Positions 9,841 to 19,776 of a DNA stretch of 37,586 nt are shown one piece after another. The translations under genes were made by a program, and so were the position numbers. This DNA is from Craspedostauros australis (lineage: Eukaryota). The notes under the pieces are model-generated. The model had not been told where the DNA came from, did not search any database, and was given only the letters and a program-made list of their open reading frames with translations. Position 1 is the stretch's first letter, and every line of letters starts with the position of its first letter. The stretch spans positions 1-37,586 of the forward strand of contig JALAGF010001522.1 of NCBI GenBank assembly GCA_030167865.1, given 5' to 3'.

Positions 9841-11090
9841 GACGACAAGAGGGAACAATAACAACAAAACAATACTAGAAGAAGACACTGTCGGCAACTC
9901 CCGTAGCATGCTCCACTGCTCTACGACTATTACAGAACAGTGTGCATTCCACCATCCTCTGTCGTATTGTTTGTTTTGGGATCATTCATCATCGCCGTTC
10001 TGGACGAGTCGCTGGTGCATTGTCTGTCTCCAACCTGGCCCATGCCACGGTCATCGCCCGAGCCGCCAGTACCGAAGTACTGGTGGCGAGTCGACCAACC
10101 TTTTGTCAAGCAGAGTTACACTTTTTCATCGATTTTAACATATACAAGCACGTTTATCTAGTCCCCATAGTCTCCATTGTATGGATAAAACTACCCAGAT
10201 TCGCAAAGTCTATCTGTTGAAGTTTTATGGACCCGTCAAGGTGTTCATTGTTTGATCACTGCTAGGCTCCAGCGATAGACACTGGTGCCTACAACAAACA
10301 GACCAAGAAAATTGGCGACTTTTGGCGACAGATTTTGGACCTGTTTGCCCCAACCCCAGACTTGATTTTGTCGACACTCAATCCAACATCTCTTCACATC
10401 AATGTAAACTTAATAGCCAGGGCTATCCAGGAAAGTCATAACATTACCTTGTTGCTACTACTATCTTGTCGATCTTCATGTGTTTGTTGACCCCCTTGGT
10501 GTGGTTTTGTCATCTGACGATGGACAGATCAGGTTTTTATTCGATATCGCTGGCTACACGTAGGATTCTACAGGGGTCTGGTAGGATATTGCCTCGTTTT
10601 TCGCGGATTTCGACTCTCCATCTTTGAAGTCTCCGGACTTGGCGGTCTTTTGTTCATTCTGAACAATAGGGATCATTTTAGAGTCCCCTCGCCGAGGTGG
10701 CCATAACCATGTGGTCTATGTTGTGTTTGAGTGCGATGGTGTGTTGGTATGCTTGCTGTAAGTGCTCCCATACCACCCGGAGCGATTTTGACCACTCCGA
10801 TCCCCAATTTCGGTGGCGGGAAAAATCAACACAAGAGAGAATACCGAACGGCCAAAGCACAGAAACACAGACGCGGAAAGTGGGCAGAGCGCGTTGGAGA
10901 GGAAAGAACAAATCAACTTCATCATCTTCCCAGAGCACACATAGATTGTATAATACCTCCTCTACATCGTACTCCATTCAGCATTACCCCATCCGGTCAC
11001 TGTATCGAACGACATCAACAGCAACAACGGCAAACGACACGTGACGCATAGTCGTAACGGACCACAGACAATCACAACATCCAAGGCAAC

Positions 11091-12011
11091 ATGACACGTA
11101 CGAGTACAAAAGCATCCAAGACGCAAGGCGCGAGGCCGGCACGGAACTGCGCCACGCTCCTGCCAGCGATCCTGCTCACGACAATGCTCGTCGTTCAACT
11201 CCGATCAGCAAACTTCACGCGCAGCATCATCACCACAAAAGCGGCAGCCTCTAGCATTTCCACCCCCCTGTGGTCTTCTGGAGGCATGAGTGCGAAGCCA
11301 CCACCTCTCAAGACGCAGGCGACGCCATGCCAACGAACGATTGCACCAGAACTCTACAAGTCTCAGTCACAAGAAGACACGATCCTCCTGAAATGGCTCA
11401 AAGGCCTCTGTAACGGTACCTACATCGAAATGGGCGGTCTGGACGGTGTCAGGTGGAGCAATTCCCACGTCTTCAACAAAGCACTGGATTGGAAGGGTGT
11501 CCACGTCGAGGCGGATCCTCGCAACTACAAAAACTTGGTGAAGAATCGTCCCAATGAAATCGCCAACGTTCATGCAGGCGTCTGCCTGGACGAGCGCGAT
11601 CTACATTACGTCATGAGGGACCGCTTTATGGCTGTGTCCGGCTTCTTGGAATTTGCCGCCGAAGACTTCAAGAAGAAGGTCTGGACGCAAGAGGCCATCG
11701 ACAAGGCCATCATCGTGAAATGTCGCCGGTTTGATAAGATCCTGCATGAGGTTGTGGGCGATTCATTCCACTTCGACTTCTTCTCTCTGGATATTGAGGG
11801 TGCCGAGCTGCTGGCGCTGCAGTCGCTCAACTTCGACGAATTCCAATTCGGCATCATTTTCGTCGAGGCGGACGGAACGAATGAGCGCAAGGATCAATCC
11901 ATCAAGGCCATCCTGGACCGTGCTGGGTACGATTTCGTCGGCACAATCAATCGATCGAACTGGTTCGTCAACAGGAACTTTGATCTGATCTACGCAGACG
12001 TTGTCTACTAG
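11091..12011 (+). CDS. FkbM-family methyltransferase, copy 4
   Basis: Same motifs (YIEMGGLDG, WKGVHVEADP, FDFFSLDIEGAEL); 306 aa; long near-identical DNA blocks shared with copy 2. Confidence 0.9.
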   Translation: MTRTSTKASKTQGARPARNCATLLPAILLTTMLVVQLRSANFTRSIITTKAAASSISTPLWSSGGMSAKPPPLKTQATPCQRTIAPELYKSQSQEDTILLKWLKGLCNGTYIEMGGLDGVRWSNSHVFNKALDWKGVHVEADPRNYKNLVKNRPNEIANVHAGVCLDERDLHYVMRDRFMAVSGFLEFAAEDFKKKVWTQEAIDKAIIVKCRRFDKILHEVVGDSFHFDFFSLDIEGAELLALQSLNFDEFQFGIIFVEADGTNERKDQSIKAILDRAGYDFVGTINRSNWFVNRNFDLIYADVVY

Positions 12012-12597
12012 TACGGCACGATGGAAGGAGAAGACGCAGCCAGCAGCCAAAATATGCTTTGTCGTTCCACAGCGTACGTGTCGATCCTCTCGGCTGCATG
12101 CGCACTTCGGAGCACGAGCGATCTTCTGCATTTTTCATTCCGTTCCATTCAATACTGCACGATCAAGAGCAGTGTTGACATGCGCACCCGTACTAATACC
12201 AATAACTCCGCCGTTGTGTCCACCCAGCGGAACGAGCGAGACGTGCCCGCCGTTGTCAAAAAGATAACGGTTACGTGTTTCTTTTTGTCACAACAGCAAA
12301 ACGCGAGATAACTTCAAGAAACACATGTTTCCCGTGGACTCCCAATGAATGAGGGCTTGTAAGGAGTCCAGAAACCAAGGTGCATCCATCCTGAACAACA
12401 CGCGCCTCACAACAACGACGCGGTTCCATCTCATCGCGTATTCCATCTCATCACATCATATAATAGTCGTATACACACAATACGTGCATACTGCAAAGCT
12501 GCGTCCGTGCATCGAGTCATTTTGTTGGCGAAGGAACTTATCCCGACATCTCCATTCCCAACAACAATCGCCAGACGGTCATCACATCCGAGGCAAC

Positions 12598-12723
12598 ATG
12601 GCACGCACGAGTACGAAAGCAACAAGGAAGCAAGCCGCGAGGCTACCAAAGAACTGCGCCACACTCCTGCCAACGATCCTGCTCACCGCAATAGCCGTCA
12701 CGCAACTGCAAGCCACACATTGA
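12598..12723 (+). pseudogene. Truncated fifth FkbM copy (N-terminus and TM anchor only)
   Basis: MARTSTKATRKQAARLPKNCATLLPTILLTAIAVTQLQATH* aligns with copy 4 MTRTSTKASKTQGARPARNCATLLPAILLTTMLVVQLRSAN. The upstream context acatcc(a/g)aggcaacATG is shared. No catalytic domain follows. Confidence 0.85.
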
Positions 12724-12954
12724 CAGCCTTTCTCTCGCTAGTCTGAGCACACAATCCTGACCGAATGAATGAGAGTTGCGACAAATTACTAAATTATCCT
12801 GACTTTTCTTGCGGGCGTGATGCCAACTGTAAGATCGGTCCAAAACATCCAAGAAAAAGGGAGAGCCCTCCCTGTCGACATCAACACCCACACATCAAGA
12901 GAGAACACTGAGACGCAGGATCAGCCACGTTCATCTCTCCCTTCCACCACAATA

Positions 12955-14962
12955 ATGCATGGTGCACGCCCAATGCTGCCGCTGCTGTTACAGCTCATTG
13001 TCGTCACCCACCAGCCACGGCGGTCCTGGGTGGTCTGCGCAGCGTTCGTGCCCAAGAAAGCGGTGGCATCCACACTACGGCGATCGCAACAACAGAGTTT
13101 CATCAGCAATGCGCGGCGCTCGTTGCACGCAGCAAATAGCAACAATGATGCCGGGAATGAAGATGACTTCGATGGCGGCGTCTTTCTCAAGACGGCCATC
13201 GCATCCTTCCTGCAACAGGTCACGTTGCCCTTCGTGGACACCGTCGACAACGTCCATCTCTCTACTCTGACTCCCAGCGACATCGGCGGCATGGGCATTG
13301 CGAGAAGGTCTCAGGTAGGCCCGATTTTTATTCGAGGGCGGGGGGCTTATTCTATGGCCACACAGTCGTCGCATCGGTCTCACTCTCACATCGCCATCGT
13401 GCGTTGTTCGCGTTCACAATCTCCCACCATCATTCATCAGTCCGTCTGGAGTAAGGTCTATTCGTCGCCACTCAGCAAGGTGTCGGTCTCGTTGATCGGA
13501 TCAGAGGCGACAGCATCCGACACTCGGCATACCACAGACGCCGCTGACGCACAACGAAACGACAAGCTCAGTCTGGTTGTCACCTCAGGCTTACTGGTGG
13601 CCACGATCGATGGACTCTTGCAGCTGCTGCTGTTCACCATATGCACCGCTCCAATCCTTCAGTTCAACGGGCTGCGAGCATCGAGCGAGATGTTTCCCGG
13701 CGCAGTATCATACATGAAGGCCAAGGCCGTCGGCGCTCCTGCGGCCACGGTCTGGTTGGTGACAGTCGGCGCCTTTCGGGGTTTGGGCAGGGCCCACGTG
13801 CCGTTCTTCTTTGCGTCGCTCTTCGTCGCAATCAAACTGATCCTCAATCGATGCATGTTGCAGCAGCTTGGTATTTCCGTGCGCGCGGTTGCTATATCTA
13901 CGGCCGCCGCTCAATACCTGGCGCTCATTCCCATGCTGATGGTGCTGCGCAAGACCGTATCGTGGAGGCCACGACGTGGCATGTTCCGTTCCCTTGGAGG
14001 GTTCTATAAGGCCAGCTTTTACCTCGCCGGGCGTTCGATGGTGCGGATGATGGCGTTCGCATACGTGTCACGGCGATCGGTAAGTGCGCACGCGTCCCTC
14101 TGCTTGTGCACGTCCATCGCTGAATGAATGGAATGGAGTGGGAAGATATGGAAGGACTGTTGGAAATGAAATGGATGAGACGCAACCTCCGAGAATGCCG
14201 CATCTCACCTTGTGTCTGCATGACGCGCAATGCGACTTTGACCGTGGCTTCGCAGGCCCAACTTGGGCCAGTCAGCTCGTCTGCCTACAGTATCCTGCAC
14301 CAGCTCGGACTGTGGACGAGCATGATCTGCGAATCCATTTCGATTGCAACCCAAACAACGCTGAGTCGCCGTCACCACCACCGTGCGGTGTATAGTACGC
14401 AACCAACATCCCAGCACGAGAAGAGTATTCGAGCGTACCCCAAACGGCTGCTGCGCAATGCGATCGCCATTGCCTGCATTCCGTGCATCATTCTGATGGC
14501 ATCACTGCGCATCATGCCGACTCGAATCATCTCGTCATTTTCCAATAACGTGGAAGTCGTGCAGACTTCGACAGAGGCGATGGGCGCATTTCTGGTTTGT
14601 CAAAGTAAGTGCGTCTGGAACTGTGGAGCATGTCGTCATGTTCAATTCGTTCACTCACTCACTCACTGTTCTGTTGATGATTCATGCAATGCAATATTAC
14701 GCACCCCCGTGCCTCATCAGTGTGCAAATGCCTGTCCTTTCCGACCAACGGCATACTGCTTGGCATGAAAGATTGGCGCGGGTCGTTCCTCGGCATGGTC
14801 TGCGCCAATACAATCTCTGTGTTGTTTCTGGCACGATCCGCCACGGTGGATCTGAAGCGGCTGTGGCGTGTGTGGACGTTGTACTATGCCACGCAAGCGA
14901 TGTTTGGGATGTGGCGCGTATTTACGGCAGAGTCCGTGGCTGCGGATCAAGCGCAGATATGA
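12955..14962 (+). CDS. MATE (DinF-like) efflux transporter, probably plastid-targeted; exons 12955-13314, 13441-14079, 14256-14604, 14721-14962 (~529 aa)
   Basis: GT-AG introns join the ORF fragments into one frame. MATE-like segments: TLPFVDTVD, YMKAKAVGAPA, GAFRGLG, AVAISTAAAQY, AQLGPVSSSAYSILHQLG, ESISIATQT, PTNGILLGMKDW. Presequence contains CAA-FVP. Confidence 0.85.
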
Positions 14963-15459
14963 GCGTGGACGAGTCTTTCATTGGATTGGATTGGATTGGA
15001 TTGGACAACGACGAGATTGCCATCGCAACACCCAGCAGTAATCCAAAGTCGATCAATCATACAATAGAATATTATGCAATAGATGTTGAGATGGCTGGAG
15101 ATTGAGAATGAAAAGGAAGATGTGCATGCAACAACGAATAGCAGAGCGCGGAGTGGGAGATTGCCGAATCTCGGCGATGGTATCTTCCAATGCGCGGGTC
15201 GATCGAGTCAAATGCGTCGCAACAGTTGTTTCGTCGTGGATCCTTTTCGCTTTCGCTTTTCCACGATCGTTCGCCTGGAAGCGCACTGCGCCAAACACCA
15301 CCACGATGACCAACACACAGACACACAAAAAGCCAATCGCGCCAATACAAACGGAGAGAGACCATTCAATCCTCGCAACCCACTCTATTTTCATCATATA
15401 TTCAATAATATTCTATCATACATACTGCATCCATTCAGTTTGCACCACACAATCGCGCC

Positions 15460-16143
15460 ATGTTCCACTACGCCCACATCCTCGTGACGCTGCTGGCGAT
15501 CGCCGTCGCCGCGGCCTCGAACCCGGAAGGCATCGAGTTCCTGGCCCAAAACAAGGACAAACCCGGCGTCGTGACGACTCCCAGCGGTCTGCAGTACAAG
15601 ATCCTGAACCGCGGCGCCGGCAAGTACCACCCCGCCGAGAAGACGCCGTGCAACTGCCATTACGAAGGCAAATTGCTGAACGGCGAGGTGTTCGACTCCA
15701 GCTACGAACGCGGCGAGCCCACGATGTTCTCGCCGGTCCAGGTCATTCAAGGATGGCGCGAAGCCATGCCCATGATGGTGGAAGGCGATAAGTGGGAATT
15801 GTACATTCCGTCGGAGTTGGCCTACGGCGCGGAAGGTGCCGGCGATTCCATCAGGCCGGGGGACGTGTTGATCTTTCAGATGGAGCTGCTTGAGATTCTG
15901 GAAGGCGAGCGCGTGTTGGCGATGAAGTGCGACGCGAAGAGCAAGGAGGATTGCAACGAGCGGGAGATCAAGTACATTGACAAGGTGGCGGGATGGGAGG
16001 CCACCAAGGTTGCGTCGGAGGTCGAGCGGTTGGCTAAGATGCAGTCGAAGTCGATGAAGGAGGAATTGAAGGAATGGATCACGCGTCGTTCCAAGATTCT
16101 GGCGCAGCTGGACGGTGCCCCAGATGATGCCAAGGAGCTCTAA
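15460..16143 (+). CDS. FKBP-type peptidyl-prolyl isomerase, ER-resident, with C-terminal helical domain
   Basis: Signal peptide; Mip/FkpA-like TTPSGLQYKIL, CHYEGKLLNGEVFDSS, VIQGWREAM, ELYIPSELAYG, LIFQMELL; C-terminal AKEL. Confidence 0.93.
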   Translation: MFHYAHILVTLLAIAVAAASNPEGIEFLAQNKDKPGVVTTPSGLQYKILNRGAGKYHPAEKTPCNCHYEGKLLNGEVFDSSYERGEPTMFSPVQVIQGWREAMPMMVEGDKWELYIPSELAYGAEGAGDSIRPGDVLIFQMELLEILEGERVLAMKCDAKSKEDCNEREIKYIDKVAGWEATKVASEVERLAKMQSKSMKEELKEWITRRSKILAQLDGAPDDAKEL

Positions 16144-16362
16144 AGCGTTGCTCCGACTCTATCTATGCCTCCATGTCTGGAGAGAGAGAGAGAGTCCATT
16201 CCTGCAACACATACACACAGACATATACACACGAGTAGAGCAGTACGCACGAGCACATAGTACATAGCGCAAATGATGTACTCAACTACAATAACAGGAA
16301 ACAATCAATCAACCAAACAAACAAGTGCAGTTGTAATGTTACAGAATTCTGATTGACCCCAT

Positions 16363-17187
16363 TCACGGCGGCGCCTTGGCGGATCGGGTCGTGGAATCCC
16401 CGTACGATAGATAGGAATCGTCGTTGGTGTTGTTGTTGGCATTGGTGGCGGCCGACGCCGTCGTCATGTTGATGTCCCCGCTGCCGGGCGTCGCGACGAT
16501 GACCTCCTCCTTGAAATGCACGAGCATCAAGGCCATGATGACGAGCACGATGCACAGGATGAGACCGATCGCCGCGAACGCCATGTTGGATCGCAGGTTG
16601 CCGAAGCTGTACTTCATGAAGGCCGAGAAGAGGAGCAGATTCTGGTTGGCCAGGATGACGAGGACGCCGAGGAGGAAGCCGACGCTGAAGCTGGTGGGGA
16701 AGCGTTTCAGGACGAACGTGCCCAGCACTCCCAATCCCAGGTGGACCAGGCCGGCCCATACCGTCGCGATCATCAGTCCGATGGTTCCATCGTATGTTTG
16801 CAGATTGATGGCTGAAATGGGCAAGAGTGGATTGCGATGTGGTTTGTGAGCAAATGATGAGTGAATGAGTGAGCAAATGAATGAATATTGACATATAGTA
16901 GAAGAGCAGAAGAGTCCAAGAGTGAATCCAACCTTGCGACAATCCGTCATCGCCAATGAACCTCTCCGCTCCCATGCAAGCATATCATATCATAGAGCTG
17001 TGTAATGTAGAGCTGTGTACTCACTTTCCGTGACGGCAATGACAAAGTAAATGACAAGAAAGACCAACGTTATGCCCCAGGCTCTGTGTACGGATCCCCG
17101 TGGATCGGAGGCACAGCTAGTGAATAGGCGATGCAGTATTCCATCCTGTTTGGGATCGTAGTCTGTCGATGCGTTGGGATCGTACAT
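16363..17187 (-). CDS. Hypothetical 4-TM membrane protein; exons 17187-17025 and 16811-16363 (~203 aa)
   Basis: A GTGAGT...TTTCAG intron (17024-16812) joins the 65-aa and 206-aa ORFs in frame; four hydrophobic segments; coding-like codon usage. Confidence 0.75.
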
Positions 17188-18199
17188 CTTTGTGTTGTCA
17201 ATATCTGCGCGTCGTATAACACTCTATTGGTGCAGAGTAGGGTAGAGTAGAGCAGAGCAGAGCGAAGTAGCGGTGCTGTGGATGGATGGATGGATGGATG
17301 GGGCTGATCACGAGGGTTAACTGGCCGTTGCACAACTTGTGTAATGATGTGCGTTTGTGTTGCTGCTATTGCTATTGCTATTGTTGTTGCTGTTGTTGTC
17401 GATGGGTGATATTCGTGATGGGCGAAGATGTAATGTTGATGTTGCTGTTGATGTTGTGGAAGTCTCTTTTTCTTGCTTGCTTGTTTGATTTCTTGCTTGC
17501 TTGGTTGTTAGCTCGGTCTCTTGGTTGGTCTCTTGGTTGATGCTGATACGATCGTTTGAAGTAGTTCGCGTACTGTACGAGCTACTCTCCGTCAAGATGC
17601 CGTTGTTGCGGTATAGTATTATAGTAGCTTGTGCGACTCTCCACTCGTATCTCCTCGGTCTCATACGGTTCCTTCCCTTTGCGCTGCTTCAGGCCATCAA
17701 CCCCGCAGCAACTGTTCAATTGATTTGGCGCAACACCACCAAGACGACGATGAGGAGGTGGAAGATGATGGTGACGGACAAGATGATGGTGAAGCACCAG
17801 GACAGCCCGCCCACTCCTTCCCGCCGCCAACAGTCACGGCAACAACCGCTGTCCAATGCCGCGATGGCGCAATCGTCTTGGCGGGAGACAAACAAAAACC
17901 AACAAGTTTGACCGCAAATAATAATTTCGAAACCGTCCAATGAACGTTATAACCGTTAATGATCCCAGCCAATGGAATTTGGAATTTCACTTTTGCACAA
18001 CTCCATCATCGAAGCACATCGAAGGATTTCGTCATCCGCATCCACAACAGGAAAAGACAGAATCCAAACAGGGAACACCACCCACGATGAATCATCACAT
18101 CACATCCCACATCAGCAAACCCACTCCAAGACCATCTTCGCATTTTCTCATTCCAGTGCAGCTGCATCCACACATCGTCATCTATCACAACAAGCCATC

Positions 18200-18745
18200 A
18201 TGTTCCGATCACGCGTGAGTTCGAAGCTTGCGGTGTTGTTGCTGCACGCATGTTGGATGGATGAAGATGGCGAAGATCCCAATTCACGGCATGACGTGAT
18301 GTGATGGCTTCCCATTGTTTCGCTATTCTCTCCTTCGCGTTCATCTGGAATGCAACAAGACAGCCACCCTCACGTTACGTTTGCTTGCTTGCTCGCTTTT
18401 CAACCATTCTCCACGACTCCACTACTCCACTCCCATACATCACAGACCCTCTTCCGCAAATTCGCTCCACTCGGAGACCGCATCCTCGTGAAGCGCGCAC
18501 CCAAGGAGGTCCAGACCGCCGGTGGCATCTACCTCCCCACCGACTCCACGAAGGATCCCAACGAGGGCGAGATCATGGCCGTCGGACCCGGTGAGAGAGA
18601 TGTCACGGGTGCCTTGCATGCGCCCACGCTCAAGGAAGGGGACAAGGTCCTTCTGCCGGAGTACGGAGGCACCAAGATCACCGTGGACGACGCCGATATG
18701 TTCCTGTTCCGTGAATCTGATATTTTGGGGAAGTTCGAATCGTAG
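18200..18745 (+). CDS. HSP10: Chaperonin 10 (Hsp10/GroES family), likely mitochondrial; exons 18200-18214 and 18446-18745 (104 aa)
   Basis: Motifs PLGDRILVKR, TAGGIYLP, GEIMAVGPG, GDKVLLPEYGGTKI, FRESDILG. A 15-nt first exon (MFRSR) is followed by a GTGAGT...CACAG intron. Confidence 0.93.
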
Positions 18746-19776
18746 ATGGCGTGATATCATATTGTGTCCATGCGATGCGGATGTGAGACACGGATACACA
18801 ATGGATGAACTTGCATGCGCATGAATCGTATTCATGGCACGAGGAACAAAGAAGAAAGGAAGCGATGGATACGGTATGGATGTCTAGATTGATGGTCGTT
18901 TGTCCTGTTCGACGTACCAATGTTGCATGTCAACGCATGGAAGAAGGGATTGTCATCGGACGAACCAGCGACGGAACGAAGGATCCATCGACAGCATGAG
19001 ATCGAGGTGGGCGAGAACAGCGACAAGTCAATTTGCCATTTCAGCAGCAACACCCAGTTGGTGAAAACATTCGCCCGTGTCCATCCTGTGGCAAGTGTTG
19101 TACCTAGCCAATCCACAGCACAAGAGTCACCCATTGATTGATCCGAAATTGCTGATTTAGCAAAGGAAGACACGAGGTAGTTGAGTTGAATTGAGTTGAA
19201 TCATGTGTACTCTATGTACAATCCACTCGAACAGTAGCGTTGCACAGGAGTCACATCGATTCTGAAGCGCCTTTGTCTTCATCAAATTAGGAATAGCAAG
19301 CATGTTAGAACAGATTACCATACTACTATGATACGGCGAACACTCGCACCATACAAACTGGTTCGTATTTGTCGTCGCTGTCGCCATCACCTCCTTGATC
19401 CCAGATGTCATTTCCACTGATGACGTCAAATTGTGGCGGGTAATGCAGTCTTGGAACGACTAAAGCACCAGCCAACCAATCCACGCACAGACTCATTTCT
19501 CGTTGTCGTTCAACATCTTTCTTCACACATCGTCACTTTTGTGGTCGTTGTGATGTGTGGTACGACTACTCGATCCATCAAGGTGGACACCTTCCCGACA
19601 GTGGACGTCAGTGGTCATCAGCGGTCCATCATCACTCAGGAGACAGCAAATGGCGACATCACTGATTCGATTCACTTCTGCTCGTCGACATAGAATACCA
19701 CGCTCATTACTTCACAGCATCGTGGATCATAGTCCAGAGCGCTCCGCAAGGACTTGACTGCAATTCCACATCTCCA

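Noticed and set aside
10140-10680. ORF-free, more AT-rich island between FkbM copies 3 and 4 as a possible MITE
   Set aside because: No convincing terminal inverted repeats or target-site duplication found by eye.
4875-12011. FkbM array as a diversity-generating retroelement or CRISPR-like system driven by the adjacent retrotransposon
   Set aside because: Differences between copies are not adenine-specific, there is no template/variable repeat pair or repeat-spacer array, and shared upstream sequence points to DNA-level tandem duplication.
17188-18199. Head-to-head Hsp60/Hsp10 arrangement
   Set aside because: The divergent neighbour is a 4-TM protein; no Cpn60 motifs are present.
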